Origin: Planctomycetota bacterium
Lineage (GTDB): Bacteria; Planctomycetota; Phycisphaerae; Phycisphaerales; UBA1924
Assembly: GCA_039182735.1 (NCBI GenBank)
Contig: JBCDCB010000006.1
Coordinates: forward strand, 4,971 to 68,970
Direction of reading: 5' to 3'
Length of the DNA stretch: 64,000 nucleotides
Under the pieces are notes generated by a model. It was not told the DNA's origin and ran no database searches. It saw only the letters and a list, made by a program, of their open reading frames with translations. A program made the translations under genes and the position numbers. Below, in pieces: positions 49,764 to 58,251 of this stretch (position 1 is the stretch's first letter; every line of letters begins with the position of its first letter).

Positions 49764-50010
49764 ACATATGGTGATTGGCGCACGTACGACACAATCCTTG
49801 TCAGCGAGCTGGAAGCGTTGTATGACCCAGCCGCCGATCCGGAGGAAGGTCTGCAGGCAGAAGACATGCGCCGAGCCATCGCACGCGCCATTTCAGAGTT
49901 CGAGGCACAAAAACGAGAACGGGCCGCGGACGACCATCGCCCGCGACCCGCGGAATCGGAATCAGGTTCTGACGAGCCGCGACCGTGAGGGAGCGGGCCC
50001 GTTCGCGTCA

Positions 50011-51588
50011 CTAGCCGAGCAGCTGCAGCACGCTCTGCGGCTGCGAGTTCGCGATCGCCAGGCTCGACGTCGAGGAAGAGTTCAGGATCTGCAGCTGGCT
50101 GAGTCGCGCTGTCTGCGCCGCGAAGTCGGTGTCGCGGATGACGGACTCGGCGGCCGTCGTGTTCTCGAAGGCGATCTGCAGGCTGCGGATGGTTGACGAG
50201 ACGGTGTTGGCCTGGAACGCGCCGAGCCTGCCGCGGAGCTTGGTGACGTCTTCGATCGCCTGGCTGACGACCCGCTGCGCACTCGAGAGGTTCCCGTCTT
50301 CGATGTTGACATCGCGTCCGGTGCCGAGGTCCTGCAGCGTGAAGGTGTCGTAGCCGCTGCCGTTGAAGACCTCGGCGCGCCCGAGCGTGCGCGCCGTCAC
50401 CTGCGGGATGCCGAGCGAGACTTTGCCGTTGAGATTCACGCGGCTGGCGAGCTGGAAGTCGGCACCGCCGCCGAGGATGCGGAACGCGGTGACGGTGCCG
50501 GCGCGTTGCGCTTCGGCGTCGAGTCCCGCGGTTCCCGTCGAGAGGTCGATCTCCACGTCGAGGAACTCGGTATTCACACGCGCGACGGTGCCGTTGACCG
50601 TTGCGCGGACGCCGTTGACCGTGACGGTCGCGTCCTGCCCGTCGTCCTCGATGCCGTTGGTGACGGTGGAGGCGTTGAAGGCGTCCGCCCCGGCCGGGAT
50701 ATCGGCGCGGTTCGTGTCGTTGTCGGTCAGGCGGTAGACCCCGTCGGCGGCGTCGATCCCGCCGTCGTCGAGCACCTGCACGCGGACGAAGTCGTCGGCG
50801 CCCATGCCGATGGATTCGAGCCGGATCCCGCTGGCGCCGGAGGCGGTCGCCGTGACGCCGGTGAGGTCGGTGACGCTGTTGATCGCGCTGATGATGTCGG
50901 CGACGGAACTGCCCGACGCGAAGCTGAGCTCGCGCGCCCCTTCAACGCCCGCGACCTCGAAGCGGAAGAGGCTGTCCGCGCCATCGCTCGCGCCGGCCCC
51001 GCCCAGGTTGATGTTCGCGTTCCCGAACGAGAGTACGAACCCGCCGACCTGTGCCGACTGCGTGACGACCACGTCTACGTCCATCGTCTGCCCGAAGGGG
51101 AGCTTGGCGGCGTTGATCTTGAACGAGTCCACGTTCCCGCTGATGTTGTCCACCTCGTAGTCGAGGTTGCCGTTGAGCAGGCGCAGCCCCTGGAAGCTGG
51201 CGCTGTCGGCGATGCGGTCGATCGTGCGCAGGATCGAATCCACCTGCTGCTGGTTCGCGGCGCGCTCTTCGTCACTAAGGGCCGCGACGTTCGCGTTCTC
51301 GGTGATCAGCGCCTGAAGTTCTTCGAGCAGCGTCGAGAGCTCCTGCAGCGCGCCTTCGGCGATGTTGACCACTTGGTCCGCGCGCTCGGCGTTCCCGATC
51401 GCCGCGCCCGTGCCCGCGAGCTCCGAGCGCAGGTTCTCCGACGCGATCAGCCCCGCCGGGTCGTCCTTGCCGCGGTTGATCCGCAGGCCGGTGGACAACC
51501 GTTCGAGCGACGTGTTGAGCGAGGCGTTGTTGGCAGACAACACCCGCTGCGCCGTCAGCGACGGCACATTCGAAACGATGCGGCTCAT
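50011..51588 (-). CDS. fliC: Flagellin (copy 1)
   Basis: Flagellin N-domain LSTGLRINRGKDDPAGLIASE and C-domain ...AQTARLSQLQILNSSSTSSLAIANSQPQSVLQLLG. Confidence 0.85.
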   Translation of the reverse strand: MSRIVSNVPSLTAQRVLSANNASLNTSLERLSTGLRINRGKDDPAGLIASENLRSELAGTGAAIGNAERADQVVNIAEGALQELSTLLEELQALITENANVAALSDEERAANQQQVDSILRTIDRIADSASFQGLRLLNGNLDYEVDNISGNVDSFKINAAKLPFGQTMDVDVVVTQSAQVGGFVLSFGNANINLGGAGASDGADSLFRFEVAGVEGARELSFASGSSVADIISAINSVTDLTGVTATASGASGIRLESIGMGADDFVRVQVLDDGGIDAADGVYRLTDNDTNRADIPAGADAFNASTVTNGIEDDGQDATVTVNGVRATVNGTVARVNTEFLDVEIDLSTGTAGLDAEAQRAGTVTAFRILGGGADFQLASRVNLNGKVSLGIPQVTARTLGRAEVFNGSGYDTFTLQDLGTGRDVNIEDGNLSSAQRVVSQAIEDVTKLRGRLGAFQANTVSSTIRSLQIAFENTTAAESVIRDTDFAAQTARLSQLQILNSSSTSSLAIANSQPQSVLQLLG

Positions 51589-51699
51589 GATTCCGAACTC
51601 CGGTTCCTACGCCGGGGCAATCTCGCGGCGTACGCCCTTCATCGGTGGGTCGTGCGCATCCGGCGCAGGCGGGTCCGAGAACGTGCGCGCTCACCGCGC

Positions 51700-51735
51700 A
51701 AAAACGAAACGCCCCGAGCCTCTCGGCCCGGGGCG
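51700..51735 (-). terminator. Candidate intrinsic terminator after flagellin copy 2
   Basis: 11-bp stem (one mismatch) CGCCCCGAGCC/GGCCCGGGGCG at 51710-51735. On the minus transcript it is followed by UUUCGUUUUU (complement of 51700-51709). Confidence 0.4.
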
Positions 51736-51772
51736 CGTGTTGTTATCGGTCAGCCCGTTCCGGCCGCTCGGA

Positions 51773-53335
51773 TTAGCCGAGGAGCTGCAGGGCGTTCTGC
51801 GGCTGCAGGTTGGCCTGCTGCAGCACGTTCTGAGCCGACGCGCTGAGGATCTGGTTGCGGGTCAGCTGCGCGGTCTCGAGCGCGAAGTCGGCGTCGCGGA
51901 TGACCGACTCGGCCGCCGCGGTGTTCTCGAGACCGACGTTCAGGCTCCGGATGGTGGCGCCGATCGTGTTCTGCTGGAACGCACCGATGCGACCGCGGAG
52001 CGAGCTCACCTCAGAGATGGCGTTGGAGATGACCTTCTGAGCTTCGCCGAGGTCGCCATCGACGACGTTGAGCGATGCGCCATTGGCGAGGTCGGCGAGG
52101 AAGCGGGTGCTGGTCCCGTCCTCCGTGCGACCGATCGTGCGCGAGCCGATGTCGCCGATGCCCAGCGACACCTTGCCGGCGATATCGACCCTGCCGGCGA
52201 GCTGGAACTCGCCACCGCCGCCGGTGATCCGCAGCGCGGTCAGCGAACCGAGCTCCTGCGCGGAGGCGTTGCCGCCGCCCGCGCCGGTGATCAGGTCAAC
52301 CTCGACATCGAGGAAGTCGGTGTTGATCCGAGCGGTGGTGCCCTTGGTGGTGGCCTGGATGCCGTTGATAGTCGCCTGGACGTCCTGACCCTCGTCGGTG
52401 AGGCCGTTCGCCGCAGCGGTGACGTTGAACGCGGTGACCGAGCCGGTGTCGGCGACGTTGGTGTTGTCGGCGGAGAGCTCGTAGATGCCGTTTGCACCGT
52501 TGATCGCACCGTCGTCCACGATGCGGACGCTCACGAACTCGTTCGCGCCGAGTTCTTCGGACTCGAGACGCACGCCCGACGCGCCCGAAGCCGAAGCCTC
52601 GACGCCGGTCACGTCACTGAAGGAGTTGATCGCGGTGATGATGTCGCTGACCGCGGTACCGGACGCGAAGGTGAGCTCACGTGAGCCCTTGTTGCCGGTG
52701 ATTTCGAGGACGAACTCGCTGTCGGCACCGTCGTCGGCACCGGCGCCGCCGAGGTTGATGTTCGCGCCGCCAAACGAGAGCAGGAAGCCGCCGACCTGCG
52801 CGGAGTCGGTGACCACGACGTTCACGTCGCGGGTACCCTCAAACTCGAGCTTGGCGCCGTTGACCTTGAAGGCGTCCACGTTGGCGCTGACGTTGGTGGT
52901 CTCGAAGTCGAGCGTGCCGTTGAGCAGGCGAGTGCCCTGGAAGGACGTGGACTGCGAGACGCGGTCGATGGTCTGGAGGATCGAGTCGATCTGGAGCTGG
53001 TTCGCTTCCTTTTCCTCTTCGCTCAGACCCGTGGTGTTCGCGGTGGTGGTGACGAGTGACTGCAGGTCCTCGAGCAGGCCCGAAACCTCCTGAAGGCCGC
53101 CCTCGGCGATGTTCACGACCTGGTCGGCGCGCTCGGCGTTGCCGATCGCGGCGCTGATCGCCGCCTTCTCCGCACGCAGGTTCTCCGACGCGATCAGGCC
53201 CGCCGGGTCGTCCTTACCGCGGTTGATCCGAAGACCTGTGGACAGACGCTCGAGCGTGTTGTTCAGACCGGCGTTGTTCTGACCGAGCACGCGCTGCGCG
53301 ATGAGCGACTGAACGTTCGTGTTAATACGACTCAT
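51773..53335 (-). CDS. fliC: Flagellin (copy 2)
   Basis: MSRINTNVQSLIAQRVL...LSTGLRINRGKDDPAGL. GGAGGAG Shine-Dalgarno before ATG 53333-53335. The ORF-track N-terminal extension was removed. Confidence 0.85.
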   Translation of the reverse strand: MSRINTNVQSLIAQRVLGQNNAGLNNTLERLSTGLRINRGKDDPAGLIASENLRAEKAAISAAIGNAERADQVVNIAEGGLQEVSGLLEDLQSLVTTTANTTGLSEEEKEANQLQIDSILQTIDRVSQSTSFQGTRLLNGTLDFETTNVSANVDAFKVNGAKLEFEGTRDVNVVVTDSAQVGGFLLSFGGANINLGGAGADDGADSEFVLEITGNKGSRELTFASGTAVSDIITAINSFSDVTGVEASASGASGVRLESEELGANEFVSVRIVDDGAINGANGIYELSADNTNVADTGSVTAFNVTAAANGLTDEGQDVQATINGIQATTKGTTARINTDFLDVEVDLITGAGGGNASAQELGSLTALRITGGGGEFQLAGRVDIAGKVSLGIGDIGSRTIGRTEDGTSTRFLADLANGASLNVVDGDLGEAQKVISNAISEVSSLRGRIGAFQQNTIGATIRSLNVGLENTAAAESVIRDADFALETAQLTRNQILSASAQNVLQQANLQPQNALQLLG

Positions 53336-53343
53336 GGAAAGAG

Positions 53344-53353
53344 CTCCTCCGTG
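53344..53353 (-). promoter_or_regulatory. CsrA-binding-like CACGGAGGA motif overlapping the flagellin-2 Shine-Dalgarno
   Basis: Minus-strand 5'-CACGGAGGAG-3' lies 9 nt upstream of the ATG. ACGGA/GGA is the CsrA recognition core. The identical 9-mer precedes flagellin 3. Confidence 0.4.
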
Positions 53354-53606
53354 AATTCCGTCCGCCGTCCGGCCATGGACGCGGTGTCGAACCGGGCGGC
53401 GAGGCATGACGTGGCCATCACCGCTCACACAGCCCGACGCGTACCGCGCCGAGCAGCTTCGACATCGACGGAGAAGCCGCTGAACTCTCGCGCGCACAAA
53501 CACCCCGACGCGCGGGGAGCCGCGCGCGGGGACGCCTGTGACGCCTGCGCCGTTTCTGAACGGTCCGATTACCCCAAGCCGCGGCGTGGCACCGCCTGTT
53601 CGGGTG

Positions 53607-55169
53607 TCAGCCCAGCAGCGACAGCACGCTCGACGCGTTCGCGTTCGCCGTCGCGAGGGCCGATGTCGCCGCCTGGCTCAGCACCTGAGATCGCGTGAGT
53701 TCCGCGGTTTCGGTCGCGAAGTCCGCATCGCGGATCACGCTCTCGGCGGAGGTGATGTTCTCCACCCCCGCTTGCAGGGACCGGATATTGGTATCGAGCA
53801 CGTTGGCCTCGAACGCGCCGAGACGCCCTCGCAGACTCGCGATCTCTTCGATGGCGGTCTCGATGATCTCGCTGGCGTTGGCGAGGTTGCCGTCCTTGAG
53901 CGCGTTTGCACCGCCCGACTTGATGCTGCTGAGGAACTGGAGTTCCTGCGTCACGCCGTCGCCCAGCGTGACGAAGCTCCCCCCGATCCGCGTCGCGGAG
54001 ATCGAGTCGAGCCCGATATTCACCTGCTGCTGGGCGTTCACGCTCGGGCCGAGCTGGAACTTGGAACCGCCGCCGGTGATCACGAAGCTCTCCGGCGTGC
54101 CGGTCACGTTCGTGGCGAACGTCTCGTCGAGCAGGAACTGCACATCGAGCGTGGGGACGCGGGAACTCACCTCGAGCCCGCGCCCCGTCGCGAGGTTGCC
54201 GTTGACGACCACCGCGACGTCCTGCCCGCGATCGGTTCGACCCTCATCGAATGTCGTCCCGTCGGTGAAGTCCACGAAGTTGGTCGTTGCGCCGGGCGGC
54301 TGGATAAAGAGGGAGACCGCGGAAGTGTTGGTCCGCTCTTCGACCGTGACGATGCTCTCCGTGCCGTACTCCACGGAGAAGAGGCGGACACCCGACGTCG
54401 CGTCGCCGCCGCCGTCGGCGTTGTTGAACTCCGCCCGAACGCCAGTCACCGACGCCAGGTTGTTGATTCCACTGATAATGTCCTGAGTGTCGGTGCCACT
54501 CAGGAAGGTGAGTTCCTGCGCACCGAGCGGGCCCGCGATCTCAATGGTCACGGTCGAGGGCAGCACGCCGTCGGTCCACGCGCCGTTGATGTTGCTGAAG
54601 TCGGTCTGGATGAAGACGTTCGCCTGCTGGGCGGACGTGACCGTTTCGACATCGACATTCACGCTGTCGCGGTCGCCGAAGTCCACGCCGAAGACCTTGG
54701 TCTTGACGAGGTTGCTGGTGTCGATGCCGCTCGTGGTGTAGCCGAGCGAACCGTTCAGCAGCTTGAGCCCGCCGAACGACGCCGAGTTGGCGATGCGCGT
54801 GATCGAGTCGATCGCCGAGTCGATCTGCAGCTGGTTCGCTTCGATTTCGTCGGGCGAGAAGGCGCCGGTGTTGGCGGCTTCGACGACGAGTGCGCGCAGG
54901 TCGTTGAGCAGGTTGCTGACCTCGGTGAGCGCGCCTTCTGCCGTCGCGATGACGTTGGAGGCGCGTTCCGAGTTGCGGATGCCCTGCTCGATGCCGCTCA
55001 GCTCCGAACGGAGACGCTCGGAGATGATGAGCCCAGCGGGATCATCGCCCCCGCGGTTGATGCGCAGGCCGGTGGCGAGGCGAGTGAGCCTGACCTCGAG
55101 GTCGGCGTTCGCCGTGGCAAGGTTCTTCGCCGCGACGAGGCTCGGGATATTTGAGTTGATGCGGGCCAT
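53607..55169 (-). CDS. fliC: Flagellin (copy 3)
   Basis: MARINSNIPSLVAAKNL...LATGLRINRGGDDPAGL. C-terminal ...LSQAATSALATANANASSVLSLLG. Confidence 0.85.
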   Translation of the reverse strand: MARINSNIPSLVAAKNLATANADLEVRLTRLATGLRINRGGDDPAGLIISERLRSELSGIEQGIRNSERASNVIATAEGALTEVSNLLNDLRALVVEAANTGAFSPDEIEANQLQIDSAIDSITRIANSASFGGLKLLNGSLGYTTSGIDTSNLVKTKVFGVDFGDRDSVNVDVETVTSAQQANVFIQTDFSNINGAWTDGVLPSTVTIEIAGPLGAQELTFLSGTDTQDIISGINNLASVTGVRAEFNNADGGGDATSGVRLFSVEYGTESIVTVEERTNTSAVSLFIQPPGATTNFVDFTDGTTFDEGRTDRGQDVAVVVNGNLATGRGLEVSSRVPTLDVQFLLDETFATNVTGTPESFVITGGGSKFQLGPSVNAQQQVNIGLDSISATRIGGSFVTLGDGVTQELQFLSSIKSGGANALKDGNLANASEIIETAIEEIASLRGRLGAFEANVLDTNIRSLQAGVENITSAESVIRDADFATETAELTRSQVLSQAATSALATANANASSVLSLLG

Positions 55170-55176
55170 TCTGAGT

Positions 55177-55186
55177 GTCCTCCGTG
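55177..55186 (-). promoter_or_regulatory. CsrA-binding-like CACGGAGGA motif overlapping the flagellin-3 Shine-Dalgarno
   Basis: Minus-strand 5'-CACGGAGGAC-3' lies 8 nt upstream of ATG 55167-55169. Only 55 nt separate the csrA stop from this ATG. Confidence 0.4.
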
Positions 55187-55224
55187 ATCATCACGAGGCG
55201 GGCCTCCGCCCGCCGGTCCGCGCC

Positions 55225-55539
55225 TTACGCTCGTTTCCGCTGAGATTGACCCTGGCGCGCCGAGAGCGCGCCGCCCTTCGAATCCCGCAGCGATGCGCCG
55301 CGTTGGCGCAGCCCCGCCGGGACCGATCCGTTGAGTGAATCAAGATCGCCGCCGATCGAACGAGCGGCACGCTCGTTCTCCGCGCGGATCGCCTCGTACA
55401 CCTCTTTGCGGTGCACGGCGATGCGTGTCGGCGCGGTGATCCCGAGGCGCACCTTGTCGCCCCGGATGTCCACGACCGTCACCTCGATCGCGTCGCCGAT
55501 CATGATCGTTTCGTCGCGTTGCCTCGAGAGCACCAGCAT
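55225..55539 (-). CDS. csrA: Carbon storage regulator CsrA with about 45-aa C-terminal extension
   Basis: MLVLSRQRDETIMIGDAIEVTVVDIRGDKVRLGITAPTRIAVHRKEVYEAI is canonical CsrA. Then a Ser/Gly/Arg/Gln-rich tail to 104 aa. Confidence 0.8.
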   Translation of the reverse strand: MLVLSRQRDETIMIGDAIEVTVVDIRGDKVRLGITAPTRIAVHRKEVYEAIRAENERAARSIGGDLDSLNGSVPAGLRQRGASLRDSKGGALSARQGQSQRKRA

Positions 55540-55618
55540 CCCGTCGGCTCCTTGTCTGCCTTCCGCGCGCCGCTCCGAGCCCGCGCGCGTCGCCCCTCCG
55601 TGGGCCGGGTTGTGTCGC

Positions 55619-56065
55619 TCACGCAGACGCGGCGCGCGCCTCGTCACCAAGACGGACGAGCTCGTGCCTCGTCGTCCACTTCTTCTCCGCGAGCACGAAC
55701 TGCTCGCCGATGCGTGCCATGGTGTTCACCACGAGCGGGCCCTGCAGATTGCCCGTCAGCGCGTCGCCCACCTTGTTCACGATCACGAAGACCTGCGCGT
55801 CGCTCACATCATCGAGGCGCAGGCCCTCCATCTGCTCGCCGCGGATCGGTACCGAGTACTCCTTCACGAAGAGCGTCGGGTCCGTCACCACGAACGCGAG
55901 CGATGGGTCTTCCAGGCACTGCAGCCAGAAGAAGCACGCCTCTTCGTTGGGCTGCAGCAGGCAGTACCGCTTGTGCTCGTTGAAACCCAACAGTCCCTTC
56001 GGGAACTCAATCACGCGGTCCTCCGCGATCTCGATCGTCCCGAACCTCGTCGTCTGAACCTCCAT
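55619..56065 (-). CDS. fliW: Flagellar assembly factor FliW
   Basis: MEVQTTRFGTIEIAEDRVIEFPKGLLGF matches the FliW N-terminus. Start set at ATG 56065. The ORF-track 37-aa extension was removed. Confidence 0.8.
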   Translation of the reverse strand: MEVQTTRFGTIEIAEDRVIEFPKGLLGFNEHKRYCLLQPNEEACFFWLQCLEDPSLAFVVTDPTLFVKEYSVPIRGEQMEGLRLDDVSDAQVFVIVNKVGDALTGNLQGPLVVNTMARIGEQFVLAEKKWTTRHELVRLGDEARAASA

Positions 56066-56184
56066 CGGAGGCCTCCACACCCTCGGCCTGGTCTCCTGTA
56101 CCACCCCGGAACGTCCCGCCGGGTCGCGTCCTGCGTCGCGCGGACCGGCCGGAGGCCCGCACGAGAAATCCATCAACCCCGGCG

Positions 56185-58236
56185 TCAGCCGAGGAAGTTG
56201 ATCAGCGACAGCTGCGACTGCTGCGCTGTTGCCGTCAGGCCCGCCTGCAGCTGCGTCTGCAGCAGGCTGAACCGCGTGCTCGCCTCCACAAAGTCGAGGT
56301 CGCGCACCTGGCTCCGGATCGATTGGTCGAGCAATCGCACGTCTTCCGTCCTCGCTTCGATCGCGTCGAGCTGCTGCGATCGTCCGCCGACCCGCGCCCG
56401 CGCGAGCGCCACCTGATCGACGGCTTCTTCCAATCTCTGCCCCGCAAACTCGATGCCACGTTCGTCGTTGCTCGAGAGCGCGTCGCGAAGTTCCACCAAT
56501 GCCGTCAGGAAGTTGTCCACGCGGACCGTCGCGCGGTCTTCGCCGACCAGCGCCGAACCCGGCCCGGCAGTCGCCACGCCGTCGAGCAGACCGAGGTCGT
56601 CCGCCGCGAACCCGTTGAGACTGCTCACCGAGACCGCCCCCGGCGATGCGGTGAGGTCTTCGAGCCGGATCCCACCGGCGCTCGGTTCGACCGAGGCCTG
56701 GAACGCCGCGCCGAACCCCGCCGTGGCCGCCTCCGCGTTGATCCGCGCGACGACCGTCCCGATGTCCACCATGTCCTGCGGACGCAGATCCACCGTAAAG
56801 GTGCTCACCCCGTCGGCGAGCGTGATCTCGAAGTCGATGTCCCGCGTCGGATCGGGCAGCCCTGTCACCGGATCGACCGCCCCGTCGGCGATCGCCACGC
56901 CGCGACCATCATTCAGATCCTCGATCAGCGTGCTCTCGGCGAAGGTCTTGATGCCCAGGCGCGTCGCCGCCCCGACGCCCCCGCTGTCGCCGATCGACAT
57001 GCGGAGGCCGGCCACCTCGTTCACCGCGTTGATGCCGTCACCCGCGTCGTTGATGTCGATGCGAACGCCGAGGTCGAGCCGCTCGACCGCCTCGCGAAAC
57101 TCGCCGAGCGACATCGTCGCGTCGAGCGTCACGCTGCCCGTCCGACCGCCGTTCTCGAAGACGATGTCGGCGAAGCTCAAGGGCGGCGTCGGGTTCATGT
57201 CGCCAAAGAGCGTGGCATCGGTGACGCGCGGGTCGAGGTCGCCGCTCGCCGCCGGGTCCGCCGGCGCGCCGTTGGTGTAGGCGTGGTCGCTCAGCCCGAG
57301 CGCCGTCGCGGTTGACCCGGTCGGCCCATCAGAGAAGGTAATGATCGTGGGCCCCGCCGCCGCGACGTCGATCGCCAGCCGATCCCCGCCCGCCGCCACA
57401 CCGATCCCGTTCGGGAACGCGCCGTTCAGCGCGCCCGGCGCGTTCGTCCGGATCGCGGACTCCAGGATTTCCGCGGCGTCTCCGACCGTGTCCGCCTGCG
57501 AAAGATCCACGCTGAACGTCGTCGGCGTGCCGCCCACATCGACCGTCACGTCAAGGCTCCCGAGGGGCAGGTTCCCCACCGCCGGGCCGCGCAGCGCATC
57601 GATCGGCGTCGTCCGCGTCACGTTCGCGTTCAGATCGACAACGCTCTCCACCCGCGCCGACACCGCGCCGAGCGCCTCGCCGGCGCCGATCGTCACGGGG
57701 AAGTTCACGCCAGCCCCGAGGTCCGTGCGCAGCCCGTCGCCCTGCCCCGCGTACCGGAACCCGCCGAAGAACGTCTCGATCGGGTCGAGCCCGACCGTCT
57801 CGCCCGCGAAGTAGTGCAGCCCGCCGATGTCCCCGTTCAGCGTGGTCTGCGCCCGATCGATGAGCGACTGGACGATCAGCGCCTGCTCGGCGCGGGTGTC
57901 CGGATCGCTCGTCACGCCGATGTTCGCCAGCGCGAGCGTGCGGGCCTCGAGCACCACGTCGCTCAGTTCGCCCAGCGCGCTGTCCACCGTATCGAGCATC
58001 AGGCGCCCGTTGTTCATCGCGCCGAGCCGTCGCTCGGTGGTCTCGAGCCGGCGATCCAGTGTCGTGATGAGCGCCGAGGCGACGGCGTCGTCGCTCGTGC
58101 GGTTCACGCGCAATCCCGTCGAGAGCTGCTCGTTGATGCGCAGCAGCGACAGGTTCGTCGCGTTGATGTTGCGCGTCGAGATCTGCGAGAAGAGCGCGTT
58201 GGGTGTTCTCGCGATGTTCGCCGGGATCTGTCCCAT
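56185..58236 (-). CDS. flgL: Flagellar hook-associated protein 3 (FlgL), unusually long (683 aa)
   Basis: Flagellin-like N-terminus LSTGLRVNRTSDDAVASAL and C-terminus ...LQTQLQAGLTATAQQSQLSLINFLG. Position after flgK. Large central insertion. Confidence 0.7.
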   Translation of the reverse strand: MGQIPANIARTPNALFSQISTRNINATNLSLLRINEQLSTGLRVNRTSDDAVASALITTLDRRLETTERRLGAMNNGRLMLDTVDSALGELSDVVLEARTLALANIGVTSDPDTRAEQALIVQSLIDRAQTTLNGDIGGLHYFAGETVGLDPIETFFGGFRYAGQGDGLRTDLGAGVNFPVTIGAGEALGAVSARVESVVDLNANVTRTTPIDALRGPAVGNLPLGSLDVTVDVGGTPTTFSVDLSQADTVGDAAEILESAIRTNAPGALNGAFPNGIGVAAGGDRLAIDVAAAGPTIITFSDGPTGSTATALGLSDHAYTNGAPADPAASGDLDPRVTDATLFGDMNPTPPLSFADIVFENGGRTGSVTLDATMSLGEFREAVERLDLGVRIDINDAGDGINAVNEVAGLRMSIGDSGGVGAATRLGIKTFAESTLIEDLNDGRGVAIADGAVDPVTGLPDPTRDIDFEITLADGVSTFTVDLRPQDMVDIGTVVARINAEAATAGFGAAFQASVEPSAGGIRLEDLTASPGAVSVSSLNGFAADDLGLLDGVATAGPGSALVGEDRATVRVDNFLTALVELRDALSSNDERGIEFAGQRLEEAVDQVALARARVGGRSQQLDAIEARTEDVRLLDQSIRSQVRDLDFVEASTRFSLLQTQLQAGLTATAQQSQLSLINFLG

Positions 58237-58251
58237 GACGCCCGCCTCCCC

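Noticed and set aside
49768-50196. 142-aa ORF MVIGARTTQ... starting at ATG 49768
   Set aside because: Its product is R/K/Q-rich and runs antisense into the flagellin-1 gene. The +0 frame continuing from the upstream ORF looks far more protein-like.
51589-51772. Sigma-28 (TAAA-N15-GCCGATAA) promoters upstream of the flagellin genes
   Set aside because: ACCGATAA- and ACCGATGA-like words occur. A matching -35 element at the right spacing is absent, and one lies between a stop codon and a terminator hairpin. Not claimable without transcription-start data.
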